A stretch of 64,000 bases of DNA, from positions 4,092,001 through 4,156,000 of the forward strand of contig CAVNZM010000014.1 of NCBI GenBank assembly GCA_963693365.1, given 5' to 3'. The translations under genes and the position numbers were made by a program. The stretch comes from Amoebidium appalachense (taxonomy: Eukaryota > Protista > Ichthyosporea). The first letter of the stretch is position 1, and each line of letters opens with the position of its first letter. Shown here one piece after another: positions 62,355-64,000 of this stretch. Under the pieces are notes generated by a model. The model saw only the letters and a program-made list of their open reading frames with translations. It made no database searches and had not been told where the DNA came from.

Positions 62355-64000
62355 TTAAGCCTCCACCGTCACCTCACGGGCACCGGACAGCACCAGCACG
62401 TTCTCGTGGTGCACGAAGGTGTCGAGGGTCAGGTCGTCCTGAACCGTGGGTTCCCCGACCCCGGCGGAGAACTTTTCCGTGTTCAGGTGCAGCAGAATGG
62501 GGGTGGCGTCGGAGCTGGTGTCGAGCCCAGAGTACAGGTCACGGTCCCTCTCGAGGTCCAGGGCGATCATGAACTGCTTGTCGGGCCAGGACGTGGAGTT
62601 GTACATGCAATCGGCCGTGACGTCACCCAAGAAGTAGAGGGCCTTAGCCAGCTCGGCCCATGCCTCGGCGCAGTTGTTCTTCGACACACGAATTTCGTCG
62701 AGGGGCTTCTGGTAGGGGCCTATCTTGATCTGGTAGCTCGTTATGTTGCTGCGTTCCGACCTAAACGACTCGTAGCCGGCCTGGGCCCACGTGTTGCCGT
62801 TACGAACGAGGGAGAGCAGGGACTTGACGTTTCTCCCCCGGAACGAAATGTGCAGGTCGGCAGGGCTGCCCCCCTTGACGTAGCTCTGGAAGTGGGTGAA
62901 CGTGCTGTAGGGAATGTACACGTTCTTCTCCATCAAGGCCTTTTCGAAGCCGGCCGTGTAGACGGCGTTCCACTCGATGATTTCGCAGTGGAGGACGGGG
63001 TTGATGATCTCGTAGGCGACGTCCTTGAGCCAATTCTCGTTCTCGGTGGGCACGTACAACACTTGGTTTGCCTCACCCAACGACAGCTCGATCTGCACCT
63101 CCCCCATGTACGACAGCGGGAGGTACCGGCCGGACCGCATGAGGCCGAGCTTGAGCTGGTGAATGTAGGTGAAACCGTCGGTGGCGTCGATTTGGGCCTG
63201 GATGTTGGCCTGGTGGGGAGGCCACTTGGCGGCGCGGGCGGTGTAGTCGAGGAAGCGGTCGGCAGGAATGCCGTCCTTGCCCGGCAGCTTGTCGACATCG
63301 GGGGCAAACAGGGCCTCGTTGGGCAAGGGGTCCGTCCCCCTCGCCTTCTCGATGCCAAAGAGCTTTTTGAGGGGGTCGGGGTTGAAGGACGAGTACTGGG
63401 CGGCCGTGGTGGTGTTCCACTTGTCCGCATACTCCCAGTCGGCGTCCTGCGGGCTGTACGTCCCGTGCATGCGGCCGGCGGGGCTGTTGCCGTAGTCGGC
63501 CGACGACAGGAACCGTTCCAGGTTGATCATCAGGTGGTTGTAGCCTGAAATGTCCTCGACGGTGGTGCCGTTGATGGACACACGGGCCCGTTCAAACGGT
63601 GCGGCCGAGGAGCAGAGGTGGCCCCCCATCATGGCCATCCCCTCCAGGTTGCGGACCTTGAGGGGGAAAATGTCGGTTGCCGCCGCGTTGTTGTTGAGGG
63701 TGTTGTTGGCCAACGTCTCGCTCTGGGGCACGGTGGTGCCCTCGTAGTCCCTTATGGTGGTGTCGATCTCGAGGGGGTGGGCCAGCTGACCGGGGAGGGG
63801 GAACCTGCGCAGCCTCTCCACCTTCACGCCCACGTACTCGGGGGCGTTGGGCACGTTGGCCTTGAACTGGAACGTCATGTAGGAGTTGAGACAGTCCAGG
63901 AAGCCCACGGCCGGCAGGGAGAACCGAATCACGCGCTGCCCCTTTGAGCTGTACGTCGAGCCGGTCACCGGGTAGGTCTTGACCGTCGACCGGCGGTTGA
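62355..64000 (-). CDS. Double jelly-roll major capsid protein of Polinton/PLV/adintovirus type (5' end outside window, over 545 aa)
   Basis: Uninterrupted frame from the window edge: NRRSTVKTYPVTGSTYSSKGQRVIRFSLPAVGFLDCLNSYMTFQF..PFERARVSINGTTVEDISGYNHL..RYLPLSYMGEVQIELSL..YEIINPVLHCEII..YQIKIG..FMIALDLE..SGLDT..TFVHHENVLVL. Motif order matches PLV/Maverick MCPs as I recall them. Confidence 0.8.
   Translation of the reverse strand, partial: NRRSTVKTYPVTGSTYSSKGQRVIRFSLPAVGFLDCLNSYMTFQFKANVPNAPEYVGVKVERLRRFPLPGQLAHPLEIDTTIRDYEGTTVPQSETLANNTLNNNAAATDIFPLKVRNLEGMAMMGGHLCSSAAPFERARVSINGTTVEDISGYNHLMINLERFLSSADYGNSPAGRMHGTYSPQDADWEYADKWNTTTAAQYSSFNPDPLKKLFGIEKARGTDPLPNEALFAPDVDKLPGKDGIPADRFLDYTARAAKWPPHQANIQAQIDATDGFTYIHQLKLGLMRSGRYLPLSYMGEVQIELSLGEANQVLYVPTENENWLKDVAYEIINPVLHCEIIEWNAVYTAGFEKALMEKNVYIPYSTFTHFQSYVKGGSPADLHISFRGRNVKSLLSLVRNGNTWAQAGYESFRSERSNITSYQIKIGPYQKPLDEIRVSKNNCAEAWAELAKALYFLGDVTADCMYNSTSWPDKQFMIALDLERDRDLYSGLDTSSDATPILLHLNTEKFSAGVGEPTVQDDLTLDTFVHHENVLVLSGAREVTVEA

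Larger units (their letters stand above)
61473..64000. mobile_element. Endogenous Polinton-like virus / adintovirus-like element, left end (continues beyond window)
   Basis: Intronless capsid-like ORF, abrupt loss of host-type intronic microsatellites, CpG-rich coding DNA, (AG)5 at 61473-61482 after an AT-rich patch, then repeated motifs. The exact boundary is inferred. Confidence 0.65.

Noticed and set aside
62325-63548. 407-aa plus-strand ORF overlapping the capsid gene
   Set aside because: Antisense shadow of a GC3-rich coding sequence; no independent motifs.

Overview
Intron-rich eukaryotic genomic DNA. Introns are packed with (CA)n/(GT)n, (GCGT)n and poly-C/poly-G runs, so almost all of the supplied six-frame ORFs are repeat artefacts; I assembled genes by hand from GT-AG exons. 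Gene types (C-X2-C-X17-C-X2-C GATA finger, bHLH-ZIP, THAP, animal/fungal-type ATIC) fit an opisthokont, possibly a unicellular holozoan (inference, unverified). Host genes: two tandem near-identical secreted, probably GPI-anchored ML (NPC2/MD-2-like) genes; a GATA factor; MZT1; a longin-like protein; a DUF1769 protein; ATIC/purH; a small possibly mitochondrial ORF; NSE4; and an unusual DCX-like + bHLH-ZIP + PAS transcription factor. Two mobile elements stand out. (1) A 3.77-kb TIR-bounded PIF/Harbinger-ISL2EU-type transposon (THAP-HTH-DDE) whose second gene is an EXO1/XPG-family nuclease rather than the YqaJ exonuclease or Myb/SANT protein known for these groups. (2) At the right edge, an endogenous Polinton-like/adintovirus-like virus: intronless major capsid gene, candidate AG-repeat terminus and CCAAT-repeat terminal region. 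All homology calls are by motif recognition, not database search.
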